DNA of 64,000 nucleotides from NCBI GenBank assembly GCA_035389185.1, contig DAOORK010000001.1, forward strand, positions 1,006-65,005, given 5' to 3'. Made by a program: the position numbers and the translations under genes. Source of the stretch: Candidatus Woesebacteria bacterium (lineage in GTDB: Bacteria > Patescibacteriota > Microgenomatia > UBA1400 > MFAQ01). Of the stretch, positions 36,762 through 46,227 are shown piece by piece; position 1 is the stretch's first letter; each line of letters opens with the position of its first letter. The notes beneath the pieces were generated by a model that saw nothing but the letters and a program-made list of their open reading frames with translations, had not been told where the DNA came from and did not search any database.

Positions 36762-38276
36762 ATGGAAGAAAAGAAAACGTTTTTTTTGACCGGCTTGGTT
36801 TTGATATTGGTATTTGCCTTTGGTTTTTCCCGGTTGTTTTTTTTGACGGTGTTTATGGGCGGACACTACAAAGAACTAGCTACTGGGAATATGGTGAAGA
36901 TTGAAAAGACTGAAGCAGTGCGGGGAGTGATCAGTGATAAAAATGGTAAGCCTCTGGCCATAAACATTGAAAATAATGGTAAAACAGTTCGTTTTTATCC
37001 TGGTGGTGAAGTGACAGCGGCCGTTGTTGGTTATATGGGCAAGTCACTAGAAGAAGGAGCTGACCCGGATATTTTGGTGGGAAGAGTTGGGCTGGAAAGT
37101 AGTTTTCAGGAAAAATTAGCAGGAAAATACGGAGAAAAACTAATTGAAGAGACGGCTCAGGGAACAAAAAAGACAGAGATAACTCGCAAAGAGCCCGTTG
37201 CCGGTGAAAATATTCAGACAAACTTAGATTGGGAAGTTCAAAAAGCGGCTTATTTGGCCTTGAAAAGTACTTTAACATCAAACGGCAAAAGCGGAGCTGT
37301 GGTGGTGATGACAGTTGACGGAAAGGTGTTGGGCCTGGTGTCGGCACCGTCGTATGATCCCAACCTTTTTATTAATGGGGGAAGCAGAAGCGATTTTGGC
37401 GGCGAGTTTAAGGATGTAAACGATTTGCTGGGGGACAATGAAAAGAAACCACTATTCAATCGGGCTGTATCCGGAGATTTTGCACCAGGATCTGTTTTTA
37501 AGTTGGTGCCAGCCTTAGCGGCTTTGGAAGAAAAAAAGATTTCCAAAGACACTTTGATTCAGGATAGTGGAGAGATTGTGATTGGTAATTATCGTTTTGG
37601 AAACTGGTTGTTGGATAAGTATGGCCAAACCGAAGGACAGATTAATGTGGTGAAGGCCATTGCTAGAAGTAACGATATTTTCTTTTATAAAACCGGTGAG
37701 CTGCTGGGGGTTGATAATCTCGTGTCGTGGAGCAAGAAACTGGGTTTGGGTGAGACAACAGGAATTGATCTTCCCGGCGAGTCGGGCGGTTTTGTGCCGA
37801 CGCCTTATTGGAGAGAAAAAACATTTGGAGAAAAGTGGTTTTTGGGAAATACTTACCATTTGTCGATTGGCCAGGGAGATTTGATGACAACGCCCTTGCA
37901 AATAAATAGAATGACTGCGGCGGTAGTATCCGGCCTAAGTTGTGCGCCAAGATTGGTGGGAACAGCAACCTGTATGGATATTAAAATAAATGAAAATAAT
38001 CGAAAGACTGTTCTTGAGGGTATGATGGCGGCGTGTAGTAAGGGGGGAACCGCTTTCCCTTTGTACGATTACGGTGGTCAGATTTACTGTAAAACAGGAA
38101 CTGCTCAAAAAGGGGGAGAAGATACTCTGCCAAACGCTTGGTTGTCAATGGTGATACCGGTTGGACAAAGTGTTAAAGATTGGGTAGTGGTAACTGTTTT
38201 AGTAGAAGAAGGGGGAGAAGGTAGTGCTGTGGCGGCGCCAATTGCCAAAGAACTGGTGCCTTTGTTTTTGAAATAG
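36762..38276 (+). CDS. mrdA: penicillin-binding protein 2 (class B transpeptidase)
   Basis: N-terminal TM, SxxK (GSVFK), SxN (SND), KTGTA. Confidence 0.85.
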   Translation: MEEKKTFFLTGLVLILVFAFGFSRLFFLTVFMGGHYKELATGNMVKIEKTEAVRGVISDKNGKPLAINIENNGKTVRFYPGGEVTAAVVGYMGKSLEEGADPDILVGRVGLESSFQEKLAGKYGEKLIEETAQGTKKTEITRKEPVAGENIQTNLDWEVQKAAYLALKSTLTSNGKSGAVVVMTVDGKVLGLVSAPSYDPNLFINGGSRSDFGGEFKDVNDLLGDNEKKPLFNRAVSGDFAPGSVFKLVPALAALEEKKISKDTLIQDSGEIVIGNYRFGNWLLDKYGQTEGQINVVKAIARSNDIFFYKTGELLGVDNLVSWSKKLGLGETTGIDLPGESGGFVPTPYWREKTFGEKWFLGNTYHLSIGQGDLMTTPLQINRMTAAVVSGLSCAPRLVGTATCMDIKINENNRKTVLEGMMAACSKGGTAFPLYDYGGQIYCKTGTAQKGGEDTLPNAWLSMVIPVGQSVKDWVVVTVLVEEGGEGSAVAAPIAKELVPLFLK

Positions 38277-38316
38277 GGTAGAATAACGGACAAGAACATT
38301 AATTAAGGAGGAGTAG

Positions 38317-38695
38317 TTGGAAAAGTATAAGTATGATGTGTTTCTGATCTGTCCGGTGCGGAATGCTTCTGAGGAACAAAAAGCCTAAGATGGCTACTTA
38401 CATTAAGAGTCTTGAGGATGCCGGTAAGACAGTTTACTACCCGGCCCGCGATACTAATCAAGAGGACTCTTTGACTGGAGGCTACAGAATCTGCCTCGAC
38501 AACACTACCGCAATTAGAAATGCCAAGGAAGTGCACATCTTTTTTGATCCCAAGAGCACAGGGTCGAATTTCGATTTTGGAGTGGCTTTTGCCCTGAAGA
38601 AAGAGATCGTGATTGTCAATCCTGGAGATCTGGTTTTGACAGAAGGTAAGTCGTTTGACAACATGCTTAACTTCTGGAGTAAATTGAAGAAGTGA
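38317..38695 (+). pseudogene. nucleoside 2-deoxyribosyltransferase-like gene interrupted by a +1 frameshift in an A5 run
   Basis: AAGGAGG+TTG opens MEKYKYDVFLICPVRNASEEQKA* (38317-38388); removing one A from caaaaag joins it in frame to ORF 38363-38695 (..YYPARD...GVAFALKKEIVIV), giving the NDT fold signature. Confidence 0.5.
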
Positions 38696-38744
38696 TCTTT
38701 CGACCCCCCCCTCGTAATAGGGGGGCTTTTCTTGCCCTATATAC

Positions 38745-38773
38745 TTGACACTACTGACTTGTTGTGATATACT
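38745..38773 (+). promoter_or_regulatory. sigma70-type promoter with extended -10 (TTGACA-17-TGaTATACT)
   Basis: -35 TTGACA at 38745-38750, TG at 38765-38766, TATACT at 38768-38773. Confidence 0.55.
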
Positions 38774-38779
38774 ACGATC

Positions 38780-39332
38780 TGTTCTGTGCTTAACAGCACG
38801 GCGAACATTGACTTCTTCCACTCTTTACCCCTCTTAGTCTGGGACAATCCCAGTTGCTGACTACGGTTAAAATCATTTATCGGTAGAACTGTAAACTCTG
38901 CGTCTGAGCGAATCCTTGGAATATATGCCCGGATACTGGCCTGTCGCGCTAAGCGCCACCGGCCCACCCGCCAAGTAAATTGGCTGGTTATCTCTCGGGC
39001 TCTTGACATGATCCACCAAGCAAAGCTCGACGCAAAACTAAGACAAGAGAAAGCTGTAACCGACAAGATGCACGGCCTCAAAGCGCTTCGGTCCTAATGG
39101 CCGGCCCCCGATCCTCGCCGCTTTCCCTCATATGTATAGGGTCCTGACTGAGCACACAACGTGTGTGATCGGTGATATAAGCGACGTACAATAGCGCTCC
39201 AGCTGTGAAGTATTAAGAGTGGAAGAAAAATAACCGTCGGCCTCCTGGCAATGTTGCCAGGAGGCCAAACCATTTGATTAGTTAGTGTCTCGTTGTCAGC
39301 CTTTTCAACTTAGTTGGGAAGGCTGTTTTTTT
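38780..39332 (+). ncRNA. candidate structured noncoding RNA (identity unassigned; RNase P RNA and tmRNA considered)
   Basis: About 550-nt ORF-free, GC-enriched stretch in an AT-rich genome; strong promoter; ends with a 13-bp hairpin and a hairpin plus T7 terminator. Confidence 0.4.
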
Positions 39333-39423
39333 GGAAAAGATACTTGATTTTTATTATATAGGGTGGTAAACTACAGATCCAGTTAGAGGAATTCTCCTCT
39401 GAACATTCAAATTGGAGGTTTGT

Positions 39424-39522
39424 ATGCCAAACATGAAGATCTGGAGTTATGATAGCTCCGACGACAGTGATCATTCGTCAGACGATGAATCGAACACAAC
39501 TCCGGAAATGTTCGGATCATAA
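39424..39522 (+). CDS. small acidic peptide (32 aa, hypothetical)
   Basis: GGAGG RBS 6 nt upstream; MPNMKIWSYDSSDDSDHSSDDESNTTPEMFGS; hairpin terminator at 39547-39571. Confidence 0.3.
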   Translation: MPNMKIWSYDSSDDSDHSSDDESNTTPEMFGS

Positions 39523-39590
39523 AGCGTAGCCTACAATTGAATATTCGCCCTCGTCGTGATGACGAGGGCGTTTAAAATTTTAAGGAGATA

Positions 39591-39695
39591 ATGGTGAAAA
39601 TAAAAGAAAAAGTCTTGTATTGTAATCAAGATCAGGATGTAGATACTAACGATGATTCTTCAGCTGATTCGGGTAGAACCGTTGAAACTGAGTAG
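39591..39695 (+). CDS. small acidic peptide (34 aa, hypothetical)
   Basis: AAGGAG RBS; MVKIKEKVLYCNQDQDVDTNDDSSADSGRTVETE; terminator at 39705-39735. Confidence 0.3.
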   Translation: MVKIKEKVLYCNQDQDVDTNDDSSADSGRTVETE

Positions 39696-39793
39696 TGATG
39701 ATTTAAGCCACTCAATAAAATGAGTGGTTTTTTGTGACAAAAACAAAGATGGTAGAATACCCAAGTCATTTTTAATGTATATTTTTAAGAGTA

Positions 39794-41800
39794 ATGAAGA
39801 AACTAGTTATTGTTGAGTCTCCAACCAAAACAAAAAGCCTTGCAAAATATTTAGGGGCGGATTTTGTGATCCTGGCCTCGATGGGCCATGTGCGTGATTT
39901 ACCTAAGAGCAAGTTTGGTATTGAGATCAAGGATGAAGGAAAAAGGGAGTACGACTTTGTTCCCAGCTATGAACTAATGAATGGTAAAGGTGAGCAGGTG
40001 AAGAAACTCGAGGATGCGGCTTCCAAAGTAGACGAAGTGATACTGGCTTCCGATCCGGATCGCGAAGGAGAGGCAATTGCTTGGCATGTAGAACATATTC
40101 TAAAAAATTCAAGAAAACTGGCCAACAAAGACAAGTTGGAGTTTAAGAGGATTGCTTTTCACTCGATTACCAAGGAAGCGATTCTGGAGGCTTTGGAACA
40201 CCCAAGAGGTATCGATATGAACTTAGTTGACGCCCAGCAAGCAAGGCGTTTCTTAGACCGTTTGGTGGGTTACAAGCTTTCGCCAATTCTGTGGAAGAAA
40301 GTACGTCGTGGTTTGTCGGCAGGTCGCGTACAGAGTGTGGCGGTAAGGCTAATTGTAGAAAGAGAACGGGAGATCGAAAAGTTTAAGCCGGTGGAGTATT
40401 GGCAGATAAAAGTGTTGGTAGAAACGATTAGGGGAGAAAAATTTGAGTTAGAGCTGGCTAAAATAAAAGGTAAAAAAGCAGATGTTCATGATGGAGAACT
40501 GGCCAAGAAGGTGCTGGAGGTTTTGGAGAAAGCGGAGTATCTGGTCAAAGACATCAAAAAGTCTGAAAGAAATGCTGCACCCCATCCGCCATTTAAAACG
40601 TCAACTTTACAACAGGCTGCAGCTAACGTTTTGGGCTGGTCGGCTAAAAAAACAATGAATGTGGCCCAAAGACTTTATGAGCAAGGTGACATTACTTATC
40701 ATCGTACGGACTCATTTAACTTGGCGAGTACAGCTATCGAGACTGTAAGAAAGTATGTTAGTGAAGTTTACGGAGCAGAGTACTTGCCGATAGCTCCGCG
40801 CTTTTACAAGACAGGGAGCAAAGTGGTTGCCCAAGAGGCACACGAGGCGGTTCGGCCAACCCATATTGAAGTAAGCCCGGATAAGTTTACCGGACAAGAA
40901 ATGGCCCATGATCAGGAGAAGCTTTATTCACTAATATGGAGAAGAACTGTTGGTTGTCAGATGAGTGATGCCTTGTTTGATGATACAAAAGTAGTCGTAG
41001 CGGCAGGAGAAACTGAGCTGACAGCGACGGGCGAGACGGTAAAGTTTCCGGGATGGAAAAAGCTATTTTTGAAGGACAAAGGGGAAGAGCCTGTTTTACC
41101 GGAGATGGCAGTTGGGGACAGCTTAACCAAGAAAAAAGTGATTGGTGAGCAAAAGTATACCCAACCCCCAGCTAGATACAATGACGCCTCAATTATCAAG
41201 GAACTGGAAAAGAGGGGAATCGGTCGTCCATCTACTTATGCGGCAATTATCTCTACGATTATCGAGAGAAGATACGTTGAGCAGAGAGAAAAGAAGTTTT
41301 TTCCAACTTCGATTGGGATGGCAGTAGTTGATTTTTTGATGGCAAACTTCCCCCAAGAGATGGATTATGAGTTTACCGCCAAAATGGAAGACTCTCTCGA
41401 TGATATCGCGGATGGCAAGTTAAACTGGAAAAAAATGCTGTCTGCATTTTGGGATAAGTTCAAAGAAAGAATTGTTAAGGTGGACAAAGATAGTGCCAGA
41501 GTAGGTGTACCGGCTGTAGAAACGGGCAGAAAGTGTCCTGAGTGCGATAAGGGAAAAGAGGTAATCCGTGACGGGAAATATGGCAAGTTTTTGTCGTGTT
41601 CACTTTATCCGGAATGTAAGTACACAGCACCATTTATTGAGTATGTTGCCGGAGTGAAGTGTGAGAAGTGCGGGAAGAGAGTGGTTTTGAAAAAGACCCG
41701 GGCGGGAAAAGATTTTTATGGCTGTGAAGGTTATCCAAAATGTACATGGGCCAGTTGGCACAAACCAGGGACAAAGAAGGAAGAAGAATCCACAGAGTGA
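39794..41800 (+). CDS. topA: DNA topoisomerase I
   Basis: TOPRIM (IVESPTKT, DPDREGE), catalytic Tyr region (TYHRTDS), three C-terminal C4 zinc ribbons. Confidence 0.9.
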   Translation: MKKLVIVESPTKTKSLAKYLGADFVILASMGHVRDLPKSKFGIEIKDEGKREYDFVPSYELMNGKGEQVKKLEDAASKVDEVILASDPDREGEAIAWHVEHILKNSRKLANKDKLEFKRIAFHSITKEAILEALEHPRGIDMNLVDAQQARRFLDRLVGYKLSPILWKKVRRGLSAGRVQSVAVRLIVEREREIEKFKPVEYWQIKVLVETIRGEKFELELAKIKGKKADVHDGELAKKVLEVLEKAEYLVKDIKKSERNAAPHPPFKTSTLQQAAANVLGWSAKKTMNVAQRLYEQGDITYHRTDSFNLASTAIETVRKYVSEVYGAEYLPIAPRFYKTGSKVVAQEAHEAVRPTHIEVSPDKFTGQEMAHDQEKLYSLIWRRTVGCQMSDALFDDTKVVVAAGETELTATGETVKFPGWKKLFLKDKGEEPVLPEMAVGDSLTKKKVIGEQKYTQPPARYNDASIIKELEKRGIGRPSTYAAIISTIIERRYVEQREKKFFPTSIGMAVVDFLMANFPQEMDYEFTAKMEDSLDDIADGKLNWKKMLSAFWDKFKERIVKVDKDSARVGVPAVETGRKCPECDKGKEVIRDGKYGKFLSCSLYPECKYTAPFIEYVAGVKCEKCGKRVVLKKTRAGKDFYGCEGYPKCTWASWHKPGTKKEEESTE

Positions 41801-41914
41801 AGGAAACTTTCTACTAAGGAGAGTATTGGATTTTCAATTTGACATATATCCTATATAATGATACAATAAGCCGTTCTTTTGAACGTAACTTAAAAATCTA
41901 TTTTTCAAGGAGAA

Positions 41915-43093
41915 ATGATGAAAAAGTTTGCTGTTTTGATGGTGTTCGTCATGATCTTGTCGGTGATTCTCACCGGCTGTGCCCCTTCCCAAGAATCGGG
42001 CCAGATCTGTGATCTGATAATCAGTCCTGATAAACTTGAGGATTACGATGGCCAGAAAGCGACTTATCTTGGTTCGTATGAAGGTTTGGTTACTCTGAAT
42101 GTAGACGGAAGACACATTTGTGTCACAGAGAACGGACTCTATTCCTCAGACATTGGTGAAAGCGTCAACTTGTTGGTGAGGACAAAGTACTTTCAAAACG
42201 AAATCGGAGAGCAATATTTTTCTGGGATGGGTTATTCCTATTTGAATATGTACAGTGGTATGACTGGGACAATCCGTTACGTAGGCAGTCCGGTATTCGT
42301 CTTGGACGAAGTGATGCAAATGGTCTACAAAGAAAGTTGTACTCTTCTTGACCAGGACAGTATCGGCCAGCTTAATGGTCGAGAAGTCAAGATAACTGGT
42401 GTGTGGACTCCTGATCCGTACAGTGGTGAATACTTAGTTCTTGAGAGTAATGGACAAAACTACTGCTACACTCACAACATTGACATCTATAAGACGACCG
42501 ATGTTTTTGGGGAACCTCATCATATTCCGTTTTACACATCTTTTGGGGTTATTGGGAGTTCTGATTTGTTGCTGGGAGTGGTAGGTAAAATCACTACCGA
42601 GCTCGATAATGATGGAGACCTTCTTGTCTATTTTGATGCTGGGGAAGGCCAACGGGAAGAGGATATTGATCCTATGATCGAAGAAATCAGTTCCCGTAGT
42701 AAGTATTTAAGTTATCTCCAGTATGAAGGGTGGTATGAAGAGACCATTACTGACGGTATGGGTAATGTCTATAGTCTGATGTCTAACTCCGAGGCTCCCA
42801 TACTGAAACCAGGATATCTAATTTCACCAAAAAGTTATACCTATGGTGGACCAATCGATATTGGTGTAGTGATCGGCGAAATTGACGGGAAACCCCTGAC
42901 TATGTCACTGGTTGAAGATTGTTATCAGGATGATGATGGATCGTTTTCTGCTAAGTTTTCCTTCAGTTATGATGGTGATGAAGTTGTTTCTGAATGGGGT
43001 AGTACAGAGTACATCTCCCTAATCAAGGGCAATGGTGCCGATCAAGAGATCGTGTACTATAAATTCGACGCAAGTGCTTTTTGTCCTAAATAG
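41915..43093 (+). CDS. putative lipoprotein
   Basis: AAGGAG RBS; signal peptide with lipobox LTGC. Confidence 0.55.
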   Translation: MMKKFAVLMVFVMILSVILTGCAPSQESGQICDLIISPDKLEDYDGQKATYLGSYEGLVTLNVDGRHICVTENGLYSSDIGESVNLLVRTKYFQNEIGEQYFSGMGYSYLNMYSGMTGTIRYVGSPVFVLDEVMQMVYKESCTLLDQDSIGQLNGREVKITGVWTPDPYSGEYLVLESNGQNYCYTHNIDIYKTTDVFGEPHHIPFYTSFGVIGSSDLLLGVVGKITTELDNDGDLLVYFDAGEGQREEDIDPMIEEISSRSKYLSYLQYEGWYEETITDGMGNVYSLMSNSEAPILKPGYLISPKSYTYGGPIDIGVVIGEIDGKPLTMSLVEDCYQDDDGSFSAKFSFSYDGDEVVSEWGSTEYISLIKGNGADQEIVYYKFDASAFCPK

Positions 43094-43182
43094 ATTTTGA
43101 TTTGAGCCTCTCTAGAAATAGGGAGGCTTTTTTGTAGTTTGATGTTGTAAAATGATCGACGGACTTTAAAAGAGGAGGATAC

Positions 43183-44064
43183 ATGGAAATAACCAAACGA
43201 GGCTTTCCGTTTTTGAGAGCCGATACTTTCTTAACTCCAAAAGGAATTAGGTATTTGAAGACACCGGGAATGGCTATGATTAGCCGACCAGAGGTGGACA
43301 TCACTGGCTTGGAAGATTTCCTTAAGGGTTTTCCGGAAGATTTACTGTACATGGATTACCTAAATGATGAGGAAAACCTGACCCCAGCAGAGACCTTGGT
43401 AAAGGCGGCCGGGCAATGGTGCTATTTATCGCTAGGTCCGGACAGAACCAAGAATATTGATGCGGCTAAGTATTTTAGAAACATTAAGGAACAAAAACAT
43501 GGCAGTATCATGGAGCACGTCACCTTTACTATGGCCATCTGGGGTGTGAGTCGTAGTTTTACTCACGAATTGGTGCGTCATCGAGCCGGATGTGGTTTTT
43601 CTCAGGTTTCGCAACGCTACGTAGGGGAGAAAGCCTTGCGTTTTGTGGAGCGGCCAGAGTTTGTGGCAGATCCTGTATTGCATAAGTTTTTCATTGATAA
43701 AATTGAGCAACATTTTGACGACTATGTCTGGTTGTCAGACTATCTTTACAAGAAGCAAGCCGAAGGCGAAAAGGCATTGAGTGCAGAAAGAAAATCTGAC
43801 CTACGTAAGAAAGTGAGGCAGACGGCCAGAGCCGAACTGCCAAACGAAACCGAGGCACCAATTATCGTTTCTGGCAATGTCCGTGCTTGGAGAAATATTC
43901 TTGAACAGCGAGTTAGTGAACACGCTGAAGTAGAGATTCGTCGGGTAGCGTACAATATTTTCGAGAGTCTAAAGCCGGAACTACCCAACCTTCTGAGCGA
44001 TTATGAGGTTGTGACCCTTTCCGATGGTACTCTTGCCCTAAAGTCTCCTTATTCAAAGGTTTAG
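43183..44064 (+). CDS. thyX: flavin-dependent thymidylate synthase ThyX
   Basis: ThyX signature RHRAGCGFSQVSQRY (RHR-x7-8-S); GAGGAGG RBS. Confidence 0.8.
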   Translation: MEITKRGFPFLRADTFLTPKGIRYLKTPGMAMISRPEVDITGLEDFLKGFPEDLLYMDYLNDEENLTPAETLVKAAGQWCYLSLGPDRTKNIDAAKYFRNIKEQKHGSIMEHVTFTMAIWGVSRSFTHELVRHRAGCGFSQVSQRYVGEKALRFVERPEFVADPVLHKFFIDKIEQHFDDYVWLSDYLYKKQAEGEKALSAERKSDLRKKVRQTARAELPNETEAPIIVSGNVRAWRNILEQRVSEHAEVEIRRVAYNIFESLKPELPNLLSDYEVVTLSDGTLALKSPYSKV

Positions 44065-44145
44065 ATTTCGCCCTCCTTATGGAGGGCATTTTGTTGGTTT
44101 AAAAAATGATCTAGACAAGAAGAGGTTAATGGTTTAAGGTAACTA

Positions 44146-44388
44146 ATGACAGAAAATCTTCGAGTATTTGATAGCGAATTCCATCGAAGATATGTTGGCG
44201 GAGACGGTGTAGTTTGCGAAGGACCAATCGTTCTGATTTCCCCGATGAAAACTGAGATTAGACCGACGACATATGAAGAAGTTCTGGCGGATTATCGACG
44301 ATATGTTGGCGACCCCAAGGCGGAGTTGCCGGATGAAATAAAGAAAACTTTATTAGCAATTAACAGGACAGAAAATGGTAGAGCATAA
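44146..44388 (+). CDS. hypothetical small protein
   Basis: 80-aa ORF overlapping the tmk start by 14 nt. Confidence 0.35.
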   Translation: MTENLRVFDSEFHRRYVGGDGVVCEGPIVLISPMKTEIRPTTYEEVLADYRRYVGDPKAELPDEIKKTLLAINRTENGRA

Positions 44389-45004
44389 AAAGCCGTTTGT
44401 AGTGGCAGAAGGAGGAAGTGGTGTTGGTAAAACAACTGCAGTTGAGGGGATAAAAAACGAGTTACCCAATTGGAAATTTTTTCGTGAACCAGGGGGAACG
44501 GATTTTGGAGAGGCAATGAGAGATGCAGTTCAGATGCACAAGGACTGGGAAATTGACCCAATTGCTTCAATGTTTGGGTATAGCGCTTCGAGAGCGAATT
44601 TGGTGATGACAAAAGTGCTTCCAATTGTCGAAGGAAAAGTTGAAGCCGATGGAGTATTTTTGGATCGATATTGGTACACGACCTACACCTATCAAGGAGG
44701 AGGAGAAAAAATAGATCGAGAAATAATCATTGCTGTGAGTAAGATCGCCACAAAAGGTCTAAATCCAGATCTGGTTTTACATTATGATTTGTTGCCAGAG
44801 CTGGCTATTGCTAGAAAAACTGGTTGTTCCGATGTGGATCGTTATGATATGAAAGAGCTAGATTTTCATAGAAGAGCAAGGGACGCCTATTTGGAGCTGT
44901 CTCACATGTTTCCTGACTTTTGGAAGGTAATTGATGCTTCTCAGAGTAAAGAAAAAGTTCTCGCTGATTCATTGAACACAATGAAAGAGTTTGGGATGAT
45001 TTGA
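44375..45004 (+). CDS. tmk: thymidylate kinase
   Basis: P-loop EGGSGVGKTT, REPGGT, DRY-like and LID region. Confidence 0.8.
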   Translation: MVEHKKPFVVAEGGSGVGKTTAVEGIKNELPNWKFFREPGGTDFGEAMRDAVQMHKDWEIDPIASMFGYSASRANLVMTKVLPIVEGKVEADGVFLDRYWYTTYTYQGGGEKIDREIIIAVSKIATKGLNPDLVLHYDLLPELAIARKTGCSDVDRYDMKELDFHRRARDAYLELSHMFPDFWKVIDASQSKEKVLADSLNTMKEFGMI

Positions 45005-45018
45005 GATACAATTAGAGG

Positions 45019-46227
45019 GTGCAAGATAAAGCCTTTGAATTAATTGATAAAGAGACAAAAAGACAGATAGAGACATTGTCCCTGATTCCTTCGGAAAATT
45101 ACGCTAGTAAGGGAGTGCGTGAAGCGGTCGGATCTGTATTGGCCAACAAATATGCCGAGGGATATCCCGGAAAGAGATACTATCAGGGAAATGCGGTAAT
45201 GGACGAGATAGAGTCCCTATCACAAGAAAGAGGCAAAAAGCTTTTTGGACTGGAACACATCAATGTACAGCCATACTCCGGCAGTCCGGCAAATATGGCC
45301 GTTTTGCTGGCTTTGGTTGAGCCCCACGAAACGATTTGCGGCATGGAACTGTCGGCAGGAGGGCATCTGACTCATGGGCATAGAGTGAGTGTGTCGGGAA
45401 AGTGGTTTAGGAGTGTGCAGTATGGGGTTAACGAAGAGGGTAAGATCGACTATGAAGCGCTTGCTCGGCTGGTGAATAAAGAAAAACCTAAAATAATTTT
45501 TGCCGGAACAACGGCATATCCCTGGAACTTGGATTGGAAACGATTTGGGGAGATTGCAGATAGCGTGGGGGCCTATTTAGTGGCCGACATCAGTCATATT
45601 GCCGGTTTGGTGGCCGCTGGGGTTATGGAAAGTCCGGTTGACTTTGCTCATATCATCACCAGTACAACACACAAGAGTCTTCGGGGTCCTAGAGGCGCAT
45701 TTGTGGGCGTAACGAACAACGGTTTGGAAAAAGATACCTCGTTGGACTTAAAGATAGACAAAGCAGTTTTTCCCGGTCTTCAGGGAGGACCACATATGAA
45801 CACTATTGCCGGTATGGCGGTTGCGTTTGAGGAAGCAACAAGCTCTTCGTTTGCGGATTATGCGGGCCAGATACTAAGAAACGCCCGGGCGTTGGCTAGT
45901 GGCCTAAGAGAAAGAGGTTTGAAAGTTTATGGAACGGAAAATCATTTGCTGTTGATTGAAGTTGAAGAAGGAAAGGGTAAAGAGGTGGCTGAAGACTTGG
46001 AACAGGTAGGGATTATCGTAAATGCCAATACTGTTCCGGGGGAGCCGGGAAGCCCGTTGAAGCCATCCGGAATTAGAGTTGGTACTCCGGCAGTGACAAC
46101 TCGAGGAATGAAAGAAACCGAGATGCGTGAGTTGGCCAACTTGATTGCCGATGTAATTCAGAAAAAAACAGATAGAATAATAAAGGATGAGGTTTTGGAC
46201 CTAGCCAAAAGATTTCCTTGTCCATAA
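45019..46227 (+). CDS. glyA: serine hydroxymethyltransferase
   Basis: PSENYASKGVREAVGS, YAEGYPGKRYYQG, PLP-lysine motif TTTHKSLRGPRG. Confidence 0.9.
   Translation: MQDKAFELIDKETKRQIETLSLIPSENYASKGVREAVGSVLANKYAEGYPGKRYYQGNAVMDEIESLSQERGKKLFGLEHINVQPYSGSPANMAVLLALVEPHETICGMELSAGGHLTHGHRVSVSGKWFRSVQYGVNEEGKIDYEALARLVNKEKPKIIFAGTTAYPWNLDWKRFGEIADSVGAYLVADISHIAGLVAAGVMESPVDFAHIITSTTHKSLRGPRGAFVGVTNNGLEKDTSLDLKIDKAVFPGLQGGPHMNTIAGMAVAFEEATSSSFADYAGQILRNARALASGLRERGLKVYGTENHLLLIEVEEGKGKEVAEDLEQVGIIVNANTVPGEPGSPLKPSGIRVGTPAVTTRGMKETEMRELANLIADVIQKKTDRIIKDEVLDLAKRFPCP

Noticed and set aside
36931-37968. Minus-strand ORFs 36931-37347, 37250-37552, 37515-37901 and 37663-37968
   Set aside because: All antisense to the PBP2 gene, which has SxxK/SxN/KTG motifs in frame.
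38303-39081. Minus-strand ORFs 38303-38821 (172 aa) and 38737-39081 (114 aa)
   Set aside because: The first is antisense to the NDT-like gene; the second lies in the GC-rich promoter-to-terminator region interpreted as ncRNA. Neither has an RBS, and the translations are Arg/Ser/Cys-rich with no domain-like pattern.
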